Source of the DNA: Podarcis filfolensis
Taxonomy: Eukaryota
Reading direction: 5' to 3' (one strand)
Assembly: GCA_964270895.1 (NCBI GenBank)
Contig: OZ185444.1
DNA: 64,000 bases
The translations under genes and the position numbers were made by a program. How positions within the stretch are numbered: the stretch's first letter is position 1; each line of letters begins with the position of its first letter. Shown here piece by piece: positions 1 to 13,827 of the stretch. The notes below the pieces were generated by a model. The model had not been told where the DNA came from, did no database searches, and saw nothing but the letters and a program-made list of their open reading frames with translations.

Positions 1-545
1 TATGACTGGGAAAGATGGCTGCCTGAATAAAACCCCAGAGCGCAGCTAAATGAACCAGGGGTCTGACTCAGTCTGACTTTTTAAACAGCTTGCACCCAAA
101 CTACCTGCACAATGTATAAATATGACCCTGGGGGTTATTGCTGATTTTCTTTTGATTAAAAGCCACCATCTGAAAGGGGCTGGGAGAAGGTACAAAGCAG
201 AAACCAAGGCAGATGAGCAAATTTAAAAGCTAGAACTATTATTTCCTTTATTCCAGCACCCTTATAGCTATAGGTTGAAGATGCTCAGATCTGGTAGAGC
301 AATTCCATTTCCCCATCCAAGTTTTTTCCTTAAAGTAATATGGAACAACCGTAATCAGTCTGGGGTGGGATGTGGAAGCCAAAGTGCCTGGATAAGTAGA
401 AGAGCACATTCCAAAGCGTTCTGGTGGGACACACCAAGTGGGTCAATGTCGCCAGAAGTTTCAGATAACTGGCCTAGATCAGGATGCGGAATTTACTGCT
501 GATGTCATTAAGCGTCTGACAGCCAAACTCGTTCTGTGTTTGCAG

Positions 546-712
546 ATTTCCTCTGGTGCCTTCACTGGCTTGGGCCCACAGATAAGAAGTCTGTATCTTG
601 AGAAAAACAAAGTGCGCAGTCTGCCGAACTTACACAGCTTTACAGCTCTGGAGGTCATCAGCCTGAGTGATGTTCCTTTCTCTTGTGACTGCCAACTTCT
701 CCCGCTACGCAA
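546..712 (+). CDS. CHADL: Chondroadherin-like, internal exon (last LRRs and start of LRRCT)
   Basis: ttgcag|ATT..CGC AA|gtgagc; ISSGAFTGLGPQIRSLYLEKNKVRSLPNLHSFTALEVISLSDVPFSCDCQLLPLRK resembles the recalled CHADL LRR/LRRCT; convergent with L3MBTL2 as in mammals. Confidence 0.93.
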
Positions 713-1400
713 GTGAGCTGCTAGTTCCCACTACTGCACAAGGGCTTGTAGAACAGCAGTGGGCAGAACGTTTGTCTCTCTTTCTTATTTGGCAGGGCTT
801 CAAACGCATCCTATTAACATGCTCAGACTAGCACTCTTGCCAGCCATCTCAGCAAAGCGATTATGGGCACTGTTCTAGTTTCTGTTGCCTAGTCACAAAA
901 TTGTACAGTAATTCAACATGTTCCTCTTTATTGCCAATAAACCAAATATGGGATGGGGAAGGCCCAAGAGCAGCAAATACGAAGCAACTCTTTCATTATA
1001 CCAATTCACTTCAAATGCTATTGCATCTGCCTTCAAGCCAATATGCTTTAAGCTGACTCAAATGCTGCAGTGTATCTAGACTAAAGCTAGGTAAGAGATA
1101 GGCAACCCAACACAATCAGAAAAGGTGGTTCATTTGTTTATGCATCAAGCTGATCAGCTGAGCTCCATAGTTGCCTAGGCTGACTTAGATTTTTTTAAAA
1201 TTAATTTTTAAATTAATTCATTAAATGAAATCATCAAGTCTCCATACCTTCCTTTCTCCTCCTCTGTGTTTCACAATAACTGAAGGTCCTCTTGTATCAA
1301 GAAGCAAGCTCTCAGAAATGTAGGAAAGTGTGTGACTGTGAAGATACAAAGGCTTATCACTTAGGCTGATTATATTGCCTCACTTCTTCCTCCTTTTCAG

Positions 1401-1692
1401 GTGGCTTGACAAGCTGAATCTTAGAGTAGGAGCCACCTGTGGCTCCCCAGCAGAGGTACGTGGCCAGAAGGTGAAGCTCGTCAATATCTTCCAAAGCTGC
1501 CCAGGCTGGAATACCAAGAAGACAAAACGAACCAGTTCAACTAAAGCCAAAGCCAAGGGTGGAAGGAGCTCCAGTAAGAAGAGGCAGCAGCAAGCTGGGA
1601 ATATACGAGTCAAGAAAAGCAGGAAAAGCAGAAGCAGGAAAAGCAAGTTGCTGAAAATGCGCTTTCCCATTAATAGGGGGAGAAAGGCTTGA
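1401..1692 (+). CDS. CHADL: Chondroadherin-like, probable last coding exon (LRRCT end plus basic tail, TGA 1690-1692)
   Basis: ttttcag|G completes AAG; WLDKLNLRVGATCGSPAEVRGQKVK..SCPGW matches CHADL; an internal donor before the stop cannot be excluded. Confidence 0.85.
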
Positions 1693-4600
1693 GGGGGGGC
1701 ACATTTTTATGGCCTGTAAATCCCTCCATACTACAAAAGGTGCATTTTCAAAGGAATATTTGATAATTATACCAAAAGTCAATCTTAGATGTTAAAGAGG
1801 CAGGCAAGTGGAGCGGTATGCTATAGCTGTCTGCCTGTACAATCATGCACTGAGCATGGTTGAAATCTCCAAGATGCTTGTACTGTATAGGCAAATGTGC
1901 ACACTTAAATATTCTATAGTTTATTCTGCTAGTCTGGAAGTAGTGGCAGGTACCGAGTGCTCCTCTTGTCACCATGATTTAGCCAGACATATCCTGCACA
2001 CTTTCCAGTCTGTCTGTATTTAACAAGGGCTTAAAAAGTATTAAGAGCTTGCCATACATACATACGTAATGTAAAGCTTTCTCAAGGTTGCTGGATTTTT
2101 TGCCCACAGCTGAACTGTGTGCTGTTTCTGCATCTTTGCTAAATTGTAAAAGAACCCACAGTCTCAAGCAGGAGCATTTAGCTGAAGTCGAAACAGCACT
2201 TTCTGTTAGATGAGATAGTTAGAAAGTTGACTTTGTGAAGTATATTTAGTTATTAAAGTTAATGCTCTTGTGATGCTTTTTCTAAGCATTGGAATATTTG
2301 GGCTAAGCTACAATTTGGCTAAGTCTTTGTCTTCTGCTACTCATTGTATTCAGTTTGCCAAATTTATGCATTGATGTTCTACTATGCCAATAGCCTTTGG
2401 CACTATATACAGAATTTTGCAATTCAGAGTTGAGGAATTTGTTGTGAATTCTAGCATAGCTTACCACAGAAGAGCAATAATTGGGTAGTGCTAGGAGCTC
2501 ACCATCTGTAAGCAACCAATGCTCTTCCCAAGGTTAAACTGCCTCTTATCTCTGGTGTGTTCTGGAGTTATCTCTGGAGGTGGCAAACATTCTACAAGAG
2601 ACAAAATACGGGGGATTTGACGCAATAGCAAAAGAATGTGCATTGAAAGAACCATGGGATAAGATGGTTCCAAAGAACCAAGATGTCCCCAAACAAAAAT
2701 GAAATCAAGCGTTTCACAGCAGGAAACAAAAGCAGCCGTGGGGGCAAGTTGCAGCACAGCAGATTTACAGCCTTTTTCAAAAGCAAGTTCCTTTGCTTGC
2801 AAAATGACTTCTTTCTAAGTGTCCATGCTAAAGTTAGCAGCTGAAAGCCGCATATCAGGAAGCACCTTTTCACTGTAAGAAGCGTCAGACAATGGAACAA
2901 GTTGCCCAGGGAAGCAGTGAGATTTCCTCCTAGGAGCTTTTCAAAACACCGGGATGATGGAAAAACATGCATAAGTAATGGGCATGATTTAAATCCCAGG
3001 AAGCTGCCATTGCAGGGGGCTGGGCCAGTATTTATTCCAACCATTATTTCACAAGGTAACAGCTTAGCAGAATGAAAAGCGTCATTATTAATATTTTCTC
3101 AAATGGCAACCCTCTTCTGGCGATATACCACGACCCATCTGCTCTCGTGGTGAGAATTTTAAGACTGGTTCATAGTGGCAATGTGGCTGCTCCTCTGAGT
3201 GTAAATCAGGTAGTTGTTGCTTCACTTCTCAGAATAGATTCTCACAGGCTTAGGCCACTTTTAACCACACTTTTAACCTCACCAGGGACCAGTGCTGGAC
3301 TATGGCTGTCATCTGTATGGTCGGGGATGCTGGCAGCTACAGCAACAAAACAAGGAAGGAATTCATATTCTTAGAAGGAAGTGCATTGCCAGTGCAATGT
3401 AAGAGACAAATCTTAAATGTCACTCTAGTAAAGAATAACAGGAGGTACCACAGCTTAATGACATTGAAATCGAAACGAAAACTCCCCCACAGCTTCAGGG
3501 CTGTTTCCTACATGTAACTAAATGCACAAAGAATTATTTGTATGTGAAATATAATTAGAAGCAAGCTCTTTTTATATGGCTATATAAGTATCAAAAAAAA
3601 AAAGCTAAAATATAAACACTTCAGTTACAGCTCTAGCGTGTGTAGATTTACTTTTATTCTTTTTTACATTTATAAAAATGAGATTTACTTTCATTCCTGA
3701 TGTTAAAAAGCACAGACTTACTTTCTGCAAGGAGAAAGTTTGTAGAAGATGGGCAGAGTCTGTACAAAACATAGGGTTAGATCAGGACTCTCTCCGTACA
3801 GTCTACACATTTAATGTTGAGGAAGGAGATGAAAAACTGCCTCACCAGAAGCTTGGGAATGAGGAGGCCGACAGGGATGGTCCACACTTCTGGACTATTT
3901 CAGGTCCCCACCCAACAGCCTTCTTTCATTTCAGGCCAAGGTGGGAGAAACACGCTGACTTTGGGGCCCATCAAAATGCCCAGAGTCAGAAGAGTGACAA
4001 GGATGCTTGATAAAGATGCTTTACATTAGGGCAATGCAGAAGTTAGATCAGAATCCACAGACAGATCTCTGGCTGATTTGCAGAAGACTGACATGGAATT
4101 CTGACTCCCAATTGTTTAACAATGGCAACAACAAAATGAATTTTTCTACCTAAATTAAGCTTCTGTAAAGAGCTCAGCCCTGTTCTGGTCACATTCCTAG
4201 TCTCAAAATGTGCTCAAAGGGACCTTATTCTTTAATTCTTCCTATCTGTCATTTGCACCTGGCTATGGTTGTTAGGTCTTTTGAGTTCTAGCTAACAGAA
4301 AGAAAAAGGCTCAGCAGAACCAACAAGCCGTAAGTCTACCCACCCTGCTTTAGAAACGCAACATGCCATAATAGCACATTCCAATCCCTTTAGATTCCAG
4401 CTGTCACACTTTAGGTAGTTTGGGAATAAATGCAAATAGCAAAGGGGAAGGAGGGAAGAAACACCATTTTGGGGCAATGGCAGCAGAGAAAGAGGAGTTG
4501 AGTCAGAAAAGGAAAACTAAATGTCATTCCATGCATTATGTTCCTAGCACATGTCTATAGCGCATATGTTTAAAAAGATTTGTGTGTTCTTGTTTGGAAA

Positions 4601-4839
4601 CACTTTCTCTAACATATAGTATTATAAAAGTGAAAAGGATCATACTTTTGGTGTCGTGGTTTTGACCCTGGGGACCATTCTGCCTGAGAAGACAAAAGGC
4701 AAAACAATCCCCCCTGCAGACAGATGTACTTTAGAACCAGCAAACAACGCACAAGTTGCTTCTGTATGCCCTTGGTACCCATATTTTCTTGACCAGAGAA
4801 GACCAGAAAAGACTCCAAACACAAGGTATTCTGACTGAG

Positions 4840-4845
4840 TTTATT
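4840..4845 (-). terminator. Candidate poly(A) signal AATAAA of L3MBTL2
   Basis: TTTATT on +; about 20-45 nt downstream on the - strand lies a GU/U-rich element (TGTGTTTGGAGTCTTTTCTGG). Confidence 0.55.
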
Positions 4846-5144
4846 CAACAAAAGGGCAAAATAAACACATGCAGTTTTATTTACAGAAAGGGTTGCAATA
4901 CATTTTTCTCCTCTCATCATTGTCAAAGAATTGATTCACTCTGTTCATAGTACAAAAGGGGGGGGTGCAATTGTATACTCCTACTCCTCACAGAGGAAAA
5001 TGGGATGCTCCAAAGTGCATTGGGCTCACATGTAATTTGATTTCATGTGTCCTGTGCCTTCTTAGACTCTGTGGCCAAAATGGCAGGAAGAAACAATGTA
5101 GCACAGAGGAAGACAGAGATAATTTGGGAAAGCAGTTCCCAATA

Positions 5145-5359
5145 CAGTGGTACCGTGGGTTAAGAGCTTAATTTGTTCTGGAGGTCTGTTCTAAACCTGA
5201 AACTGTTCTTAACCTGAGGTACCACTTTAGCTAATGGGGCCTCCCGCTGCTGCCGCACGATTTCTGTTCTCATCCTGAAGCAAAGTTCTTAACCCGAGGT
5301 ACTAGTTCCGAGTTAGCGGAGTCTGTAACCCGAAGCGTATGTAACCTGAGGTACCACTA
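5145..5359. mobile_element. Tc1/pogo (Tigger-like) MITE
   Basis: TA|CAGTGGTACC...GAGGTACCACTa|TA: terminal inverted repeats with TA duplication. Confidence 0.85.
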
Positions 5360-5713
5360 TACCATGTAATGGATGTGGTTCTCTACTGGATTGGCACTTA
5401 TCTGGATTCTGGCTCAATTGATGCAAGTTTAGAATGACTGGAAGCACCTCCCTAAAGAGATCTGAAATGGAGAAGTTCATCCTTGACTCCTGCCATGCCA
5501 GGCAGAAAGGCATAGTGGGCTTGCCTTTTTACATACTTAAGGGGAGTTTGTTTTGAGAGCTTTTCCTTTTTTATTTTGAGGTGATCCATCAACTATGAAA
5601 AAACTACAGCTTTATAAACTGTGGTCCATGCCCCCGCAAATAAGGCCAGCATTTTCCTAATTTCTTCAAGGACTGTGGCAAAAGAACATCAAGTCACTTT
5701 GTTGCATGAAGCT

Positions 5714-5994
5714 TTAATCTACATCTTCATCCTTCAAGCAACTGATCAATACTGGGCTTGCTGGAGCTTCTGGTTCCATGACTTCATCCTTTAAGCAGCT
5801 GAGCAGCACAGAGGTTGCTGGAGCTTCTGGTTCAATATCCTTACCCTTTAAGCAGCCGCCTGGCATAGGACTCAGTGGGGATTCCGTGTCCATATCTTCA
5901 TCCTTTAAACAGCTGATTGGGACTGGTAGCGGTGGGGCTTCAAGTTCCATTGCTGAATCGTCAAGAATTTCTTCTTTTACCTCCACAGCAACAA
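5714..5994 (-). CDS. L3MBTL2: L3MBTL2 exon 17 (last coding exon, TAA 5716-5714)
   Basis: tttcttgcag|TT; IVAVEVKEE aligns with recalled human IIAVRVKEE; followed by 19-aa repeats. Confidence 0.88.
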
Positions 5995-6286
5995 CTGCAA
6001 GAAACAGAGAGGGGGGCTACATTGACATCGCAAGACACAATCCTCAGAGCATGCGCATACACATGTAAGAAATAAGCAATAGCAAAAGCTTGTGGTAAAT
6101 TGCATCCATATGTACCAAGGCTGGGAGACCTGTGACTGGAGTTTCCTACAACAGCAAGCAGATTCTGCACTGGAAACGGTGAGCAGGAAAATAGCTAAGT
6201 TACACAACCACCACCTTCCCATCTCCAATCCCACTGAAGGGGGGACAGCAAAAAAGTAGGAATAAGTGACACCCCTTTTAACTTAC

Positions 6287-6454
6287 TTTCATCAGAAGCT
6301 GGTTTCAGGGAGGTCTTGCTTGCAGTTTGTGTGCCCTCCTTTGCTTTAGGGGCAGCCCTTTTCTTGGCAGCCTGTGCTTTCTTCTTGACTTCGGGGGCAG
6401 CCGTCTTCTTTGCTGCTTGCTTGACGGAACGGGCTTTAGCAGTCATCTTCTTCC
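6287..6454 (-). CDS. L3MBTL2: L3MBTL2 exon 16 (Lys/Ala-rich)
   Basis: tatacaaag|GG AAG AAG ATG..GAT GAA A|gtaagt; phase 1 to 1, joins exons 15 and 17 in frame. Confidence 0.8.
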
Positions 6455-6799
6455 CTTTGTATACAGAAGAAAGGCAGTTATAAGAAAACCCACCTTTGTG
6501 ACTGTTTTGCTTTTTATATTAACATCTTGTTGTGAAGGGTTGTTTTGTGTGTTGTTGTTTTTTTTGGTATGGCAGCAGCATTCAGTCAAGTGAGCTCTCA
6601 GTGGAGCTGAAATTACTCAAGACACTGGCTGACTACTACAAAGAGAGCTAGAATTAAGACTCATAGGAATCTCGCAGGATAGGTTAGGCCACTCAGTGAA
6701 CCGAGCAGGATGCTGAACAATCAAACAATTCTCTAAACACACCGTTACAACCCTGACACAAGTGCTACTGATCGCCATTTTTGTTTAGTTTAAACTACA

Positions 6800-6890
6800 A
6801 GGTGAGCTTTATGGCTGAGTGAGGATTTGAACCCCTGTCTCCTAGATCCTAGTTCAGCATTCTAACCATTACACCACACTGGCTCTCATA
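6800..6890 (-). mobile_element. tRNA-derived SINE head fragment (MIR/CORE-like)
   Basis: GGATTTGAACCC B-box-like and ACCATTACACCACACTGG A-box-like motifs in reverse. Confidence 0.5.
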
Positions 6891-7688
6891 TGTTTAGTAT
6901 ATTTAGTTGGCGTTGGCCATCAGGCTAATGGTTCAATTAGCCCACTACAGTCATCTGATATTCAGCCAGAGCTCATTTCCCACCATGTTAACAGAGACCC
7001 TTTTAGTAAGAGACGTTCAGGGTTTCAAACACAATTGTTGTAGCCACAATTCTTGAAGAGCCATAGCTCATGTTCTGTGCAAACAAGGTCCCAGATTCAG
7101 TCACCTAGCACCTCCTTGTAGAATGATCTTTGGTATTACAGAGAAGGGCCCTATTCGGTGTTACCTCACAGCAAGCCATCCTCACCGGCAGCATAAGAAA
7201 GGCATGCTCCTTTAAGGCTCAGGTTGGGTGACAGAGGGACAATGGGATGATAAAAGGGATGGTGGGAATTGTAGTGCAACAAAATTGGAAGAATCACAGG
7301 TTCATCATCCCTGTCATAGAGCCAAGTCATATATGTGGTCCATCCAATCGAGAATCCCAATTCCAATAGTGACAGCTTACAGTAATTTGCAAGAATGCAT
7401 AGGACCAAGGCACAAGCTAATGATAAGGCAGTCCATTTCATGCCCTGTCAGACAGTCCCATCATCCACATTTCAAGCTACTCCATTTTGCAATGCCATCC
7501 TCACAGAAGATAGTCCAGGCAAATGTTCCACCCTCATCTTCTGTACCTTAATGTTCCTTGCATGTGCTCTGGTAGTTCTGGGCAGCATACTATCTGCAGC
7601 AGGCTCATGCCTTAGTATCAAACCTTGCAATATTTGCTTTGTTATTAAGATGAATCATGGAGACAAGGCTGTTCCAATTGCCACTCAC

Positions 7689-7787
7689 TTTTCCTTCCAT
7701 ATGGCTTTCGCTTCTTCTTCGGCACCTCCTTAGCTGGCACTGGTGACATAGGCTGTGCCACCGAGGAAACAGATCTACAATCAGAAG
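7689..7787 (-). CDS. L3MBTL2: L3MBTL2 exon 15 (NLS-like KKKRKPYGRK)
   Basis: The only in-frame AG is cctgtgtag|CT at 7787, with a strong pyrimidine tract and GCTTAAC upstream; donor AAA A|gtgagt. Confidence 0.8.
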
Positions 7788-8308
7788 CTACACAGGACAC
7801 AGGAGACGTTAAGCAGTAGCTAAGTATAAAGACACAGCTGCATGCAGTTTCCAAGCAGGAGGGTTCATGATTAGTTCCCAGTTTAACAGGCTCAGAACAC
7901 TTTGTATAAAAAGATAAGAGGAGACAGAGAAGGACAGTTTTCTGTCTAGTCTCCCACAAGCCGCCAAGTTTGCTACCTTTGTACATTTTATTCTGGGGCC
8001 TCACAATGATTTCATCTTGTAAAGAACGTCAGTGGCTCAGAGTAAGGTAATTCAAAGGTAGAGGAACAAAGCCAAAAGGCTGCTCTAGTCCTCACTGAAT
8101 ATGCTGCATGTATATGGAGCTGGTATTGAGAGCAGAATCAGTTTAACGACCATTTCTGCTTGAAAACATCCTCCCTCCCTCAAAATAGGGGGCTCCTGTT
8201 GTTTTGATTTCAGCTTCAGCTCCTCATCAGCTACTGAACCTGCCCATTCTGGTTCCCAGCCTTTAACATGTCCAGGTTTGCTATGCAATAAAGACATAGG
8301 GTGGGTCA

Positions 8309-8728
<420 letters not shown>

Positions 8729-8809
8729 TTATTTATTGAAGGCACTCAACGTTCTTGTTCTCAGAAATCCAAATTCTGCATGCTGCTCTCTGATTTTAAA
8801 TTTTTAAGT

Positions 8810-8819
8810 GTATGCGTGT

Positions 8820-8861
<42 letters not shown>

Positions 8862-8869
8862 AGAGAGAG
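8810..8869. repeat. Compound (TG)(CG)(CA)n(GA)n microsatellite
   Basis: Read directly from the sequence. Confidence 0.95.
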
Positions 8870-9341
8870 CTGTAAAAATTTTTTATTAAATAAATATTTT
8901 AATAAATAAATAGCTAATTCTACTGGGGAAACTTAGCAGTTTAAGTTGAGGGACAGTATGAGTGTCCAGAAATGATATTTGTAATGAGGCAAGGAAGGAA
9001 TTTAAACCGGGGGGGGGGGGGACAGCCCTACACATTTAAGTTAGCAGTACCAATGCCAAGGTTATAAATGAGAGATTTGACTCTGCTGCAGAGTGCAGTC
9101 TTCTTGGTCTCTTTTCAGCAAAGCACACTGTCAAGGGTGATCATTGAAATTCTACGTACGAAATGAACCTTACTTCCCTATCTAGACTAAAATATCCCAG
9201 ACACTTGGACCTTTCCACTTAGGGAAGCCATTCACAACCCTTGATAAATCTGATTGCCATTTTCTGTAGCTTCAGGGAAACACTTTACACAATATTTCCT
9301 AAGTATGCTTGCATCTGCACTGCATATAATGGCATTTCTCA

Positions 9342-9560
<219 letters not shown>

Positions 9561-10013
9561 TCATAAACACCACAACCAGAAGGAGCAGGAGAAGCATGCA
9601 AGTTATTGCCTATCCCCTTGCACATATTTGCCCAAGAAGCAGCCAATGCCAGCTACAGTGGGGCAAACAGAACACAATGCAATAGCTATTCAGAAAACCA
9701 AGTAGTTCTTGTTTCCAGAGGAGTGCAGAGGCAGGAAAGGATGAACACCAGCTTTTGTATAGCCCTCCGATGCCCCCAAAAGAGAAGCATGGAAACGGCA
9801 AGATTCAGAGGCAGGCATTCTATTCAGAGCAAATGCAGGAGGATAGCAAGACAGAAACTGAATTCCAGCCAAACTCCCAATTTTCTTGGGATGGAACAAC
9901 AACAGAGATCGCCATTTCGATGGCAAAGAAGAAACAGAGTATGTCGGTTTCACACTTATAGTCTAACATAAGCAAGGCTTTCTTAGCATTCTATTTTGCA
10001 GAGAAGGAGCTCA

Positions 10014-10262
<249 letters not shown>

Positions 10263-10599
10263 TCATAATAGCAGTTTCTAAACTCAACAGAGAGAAGAGC
10301 TGGAGCACTCTATGGTGTTAAGTGCCTAAATATAACATACTTGCCTCTTAATTTTCTCACTCATTTATTTCTAAAATATTCATAACTTGCTTTTCTTTCA
10401 AAAACCAAGATCTGCACTCACATGTGTGTGATTTGAACATCCCATCAACACTGTACAAGCATTACTAGATTTTTTAAAAAGCAGACTCATAGCACATAGC
10501 CGCTATTTTGTGACTGTTGCCTCCAACGTTTTCTCAAAATTCGAAATCTGCCCACTGGCCCAAATCAGTTGGCTTTAAGGTATATAAATTAGAGGCTTA

Positions 10600-11025
<426 letters not shown>

Positions 11026-11424
11026 TTAATTATCTGATACACGAGAACAGCAGTGACCTACGTCACAGCATGGTTGCAAGGCCAAGAAGGATAAGCACGA
11101 TAAAGGGAAAGACAACATCTCCCATTGCTTAAGCTTCCTCCAAGGTCTAGTCCTTCAATAGTGGAATGACTCTTTCCAACCACAGAAAGTCTTCCCCATA
11201 TTTTTGCTGCAAGCCATCCTTGTTTTGCTCTCAACTCACGTAGGTCCTGTATCCTATCCCCAATAGCTCAACATTGTAATTTGTTTATTCATATACTGTC
11301 TTTTAAAGAGCATCTCAAAGCACAACAGAAAAAAGACAGCAATCCATTAAGCAAAGTAAAACAGTGTTAAATCTTTGAAAAATAAAATGCAGCAGCAATT
11401 GAGGGCAAATTAACAATAATACCT

Positions 11425-11770
11425 CCACTACTACTACTACTACTTTATTTATTTGCTGCCCATCTGACTGGGTTGCCCTGGCCACTCTGGGCGACTTCCA
11501 ACAAATTATAAAACCACAGTAAAACACCAAACATTATAAACTTCCCTATACAGGGCTGCCTTCAGATGTCTTCTAAGAGTCAGATAGTTGCTTATTTCCT
11601 TGACTTCTGACAAGAGGGCATTCCACAGGGTGGGTGCCACTACCAAGAAGGCCCTCTGCCAGGTTCCTTGTAACTTCACTTCTTGCAGTGAGGGAACCAC
11701 CAGAAGGCCCTCAGAGCTGGTCCTCAGTGTCTGGGATAAACAATGGGGGTGGAGACGCTCCTGCAGGTAT
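11425..11770 (-). mobile_element. L2 LINE 3' end
   Basis: Reverse strand encodes RAFLVVAPTLWNALLSEVKEISNYLTLRRHLKAALY (L2 ORF2 C-terminus), followed by the L2 3' UTR and a (TAG)n tail. Confidence 0.85.
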
Positions 11771-12011
11771 ACAGAACTAAACTATAAAGAACTAAGCATC
11801 AGCAAAAGCCTGGGAAGAGGCAATTCAGAAGGTGCTGAAACACCAACAGTACTGGTGCCTGTCTCAGTTCCAGGGCAAAGTGATTCTATGGAGAGCCACC
11901 ACAGAGAAGCCCCCCCCCCCCGACTGGTTCATACAACACTGAGCTCCTTGGGCGCTACAACAGCTAGTCCCTTGCAAGGCAGGAGAGAGATTTCAAGAGC
12001 TCCATAAACTA

Positions 12012-12239
<228 letters not shown>

Positions 12240-12242
12240 TCA

Positions 12243-12782
<540 letters not shown>

Positions 12783-13269
12783 CTAGAGTGCAGCCTTGCA
12801 GTTCTTCTTAAACATGGGATGCCGCATGAATAATAATAAAAAAACCCAATTGCTGATGCCTCCATGTCAACATAAAAGCACTCGGCCATCCATTCAGACT
12901 GGATTTTTTTCAAACACTTTCAGTAGCTCAGGTCATACACCCATAGTTAATGGTTTAGCATGAATGCAGACATGGCTCCCACTTCATTCCTTCTATAGCT
13001 CGAGTGGGAGTCATGAACCATGGTCCTTGGCTTAGTGATACAACTGAATAAATTTTGGCTTCTGGACTAATTTGATTGAGTCCAGATCTGAATCCCCAGT
13101 TCAGATGCAGTATTAAGCCAGGGGTCAGGGTTTGTTGGCCCTGCTCAAGAAGAAGTAAAGCAGGCGCCTTCTCTGCATTCATACTAAACCATTAACTACT
13201 ATTTACCATGAAATGTGAATGCTGCCATTGCCACTTTTGTGTCGCCCAGAGCATTTAGATAAATAAAAC

Positions 13270-13420
13270 CACAATCTAACCTGATTTATTACATTTGTAT
13301 CCTGCCCTTTCTTCAAGAAGCTCAGGGCAGCATACATGGTTCTTCCTCCCTTTATCCTCACAACAACCCAGTGAGGCAGGCTAGGCTGGAAGAGAGAGAG
13401 AGGCTTGCCCAAGGTACCCT
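13270..13420 (-). mobile_element. CORE/MIR-like SINE fragment
   Basis: TTTATCCTCACAACAACCCAGTGAGGCAGGCT...TTGCCCAAGGT core motif. Confidence 0.6.
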
Positions 13421-13576
13421 AATACCACACTGACTGTTTTGATGTGGGGAGAGTCTCAGTCAAAATTCCAGAACCTTCCTTGGATTCATATTCTGTGTTA
13501 ATGGGTCATGCCCCACATCTCTGGCAGAAGCAGATTTAGCCAACAAAGTGCTGTAAACCAGGAGGCGGAGCTACAC

Positions 13577-13704
13577 CTGAAGGCAGCCCTGTTTAGGGAA
13601 ACTTTTAATGTTTGATGCATTACTGTATTTTAATATTTTGTTGGAAGCCGCCCAGAGCGGCTGGGGAAGCCCAACCAGATGGGTGGGGTATTATTATTAA
13701 TAAC

Positions 13705-13756
<52 letters not shown>

Positions 13757-13757
13757 T
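13577..13757 (+). mobile_element. L2 LINE 3' tail with long (AAT)n
   Basis: Reverse-complement match to 11457-11565 (GGAAGCCGCCCAGAGCGGCTGGGG..CCAGATGGG) ending in (AAT)n at 13699-13756. Confidence 0.85.
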
Positions 13758-13827
13758 TGCAACTCTGGCATGAACTCTGGCAAACCAGACTCTCGTGTCC
13801 CCTGCACAAATCTGCCATATGTGGATA

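Noticed and set aside
2919-2980. Possible extra CHADL terminal exon (cctcctag|GAGC..)
   Set aside because: No recognisable homology, and the upstream exon already reaches a stop; it cannot be supported without RNA data.
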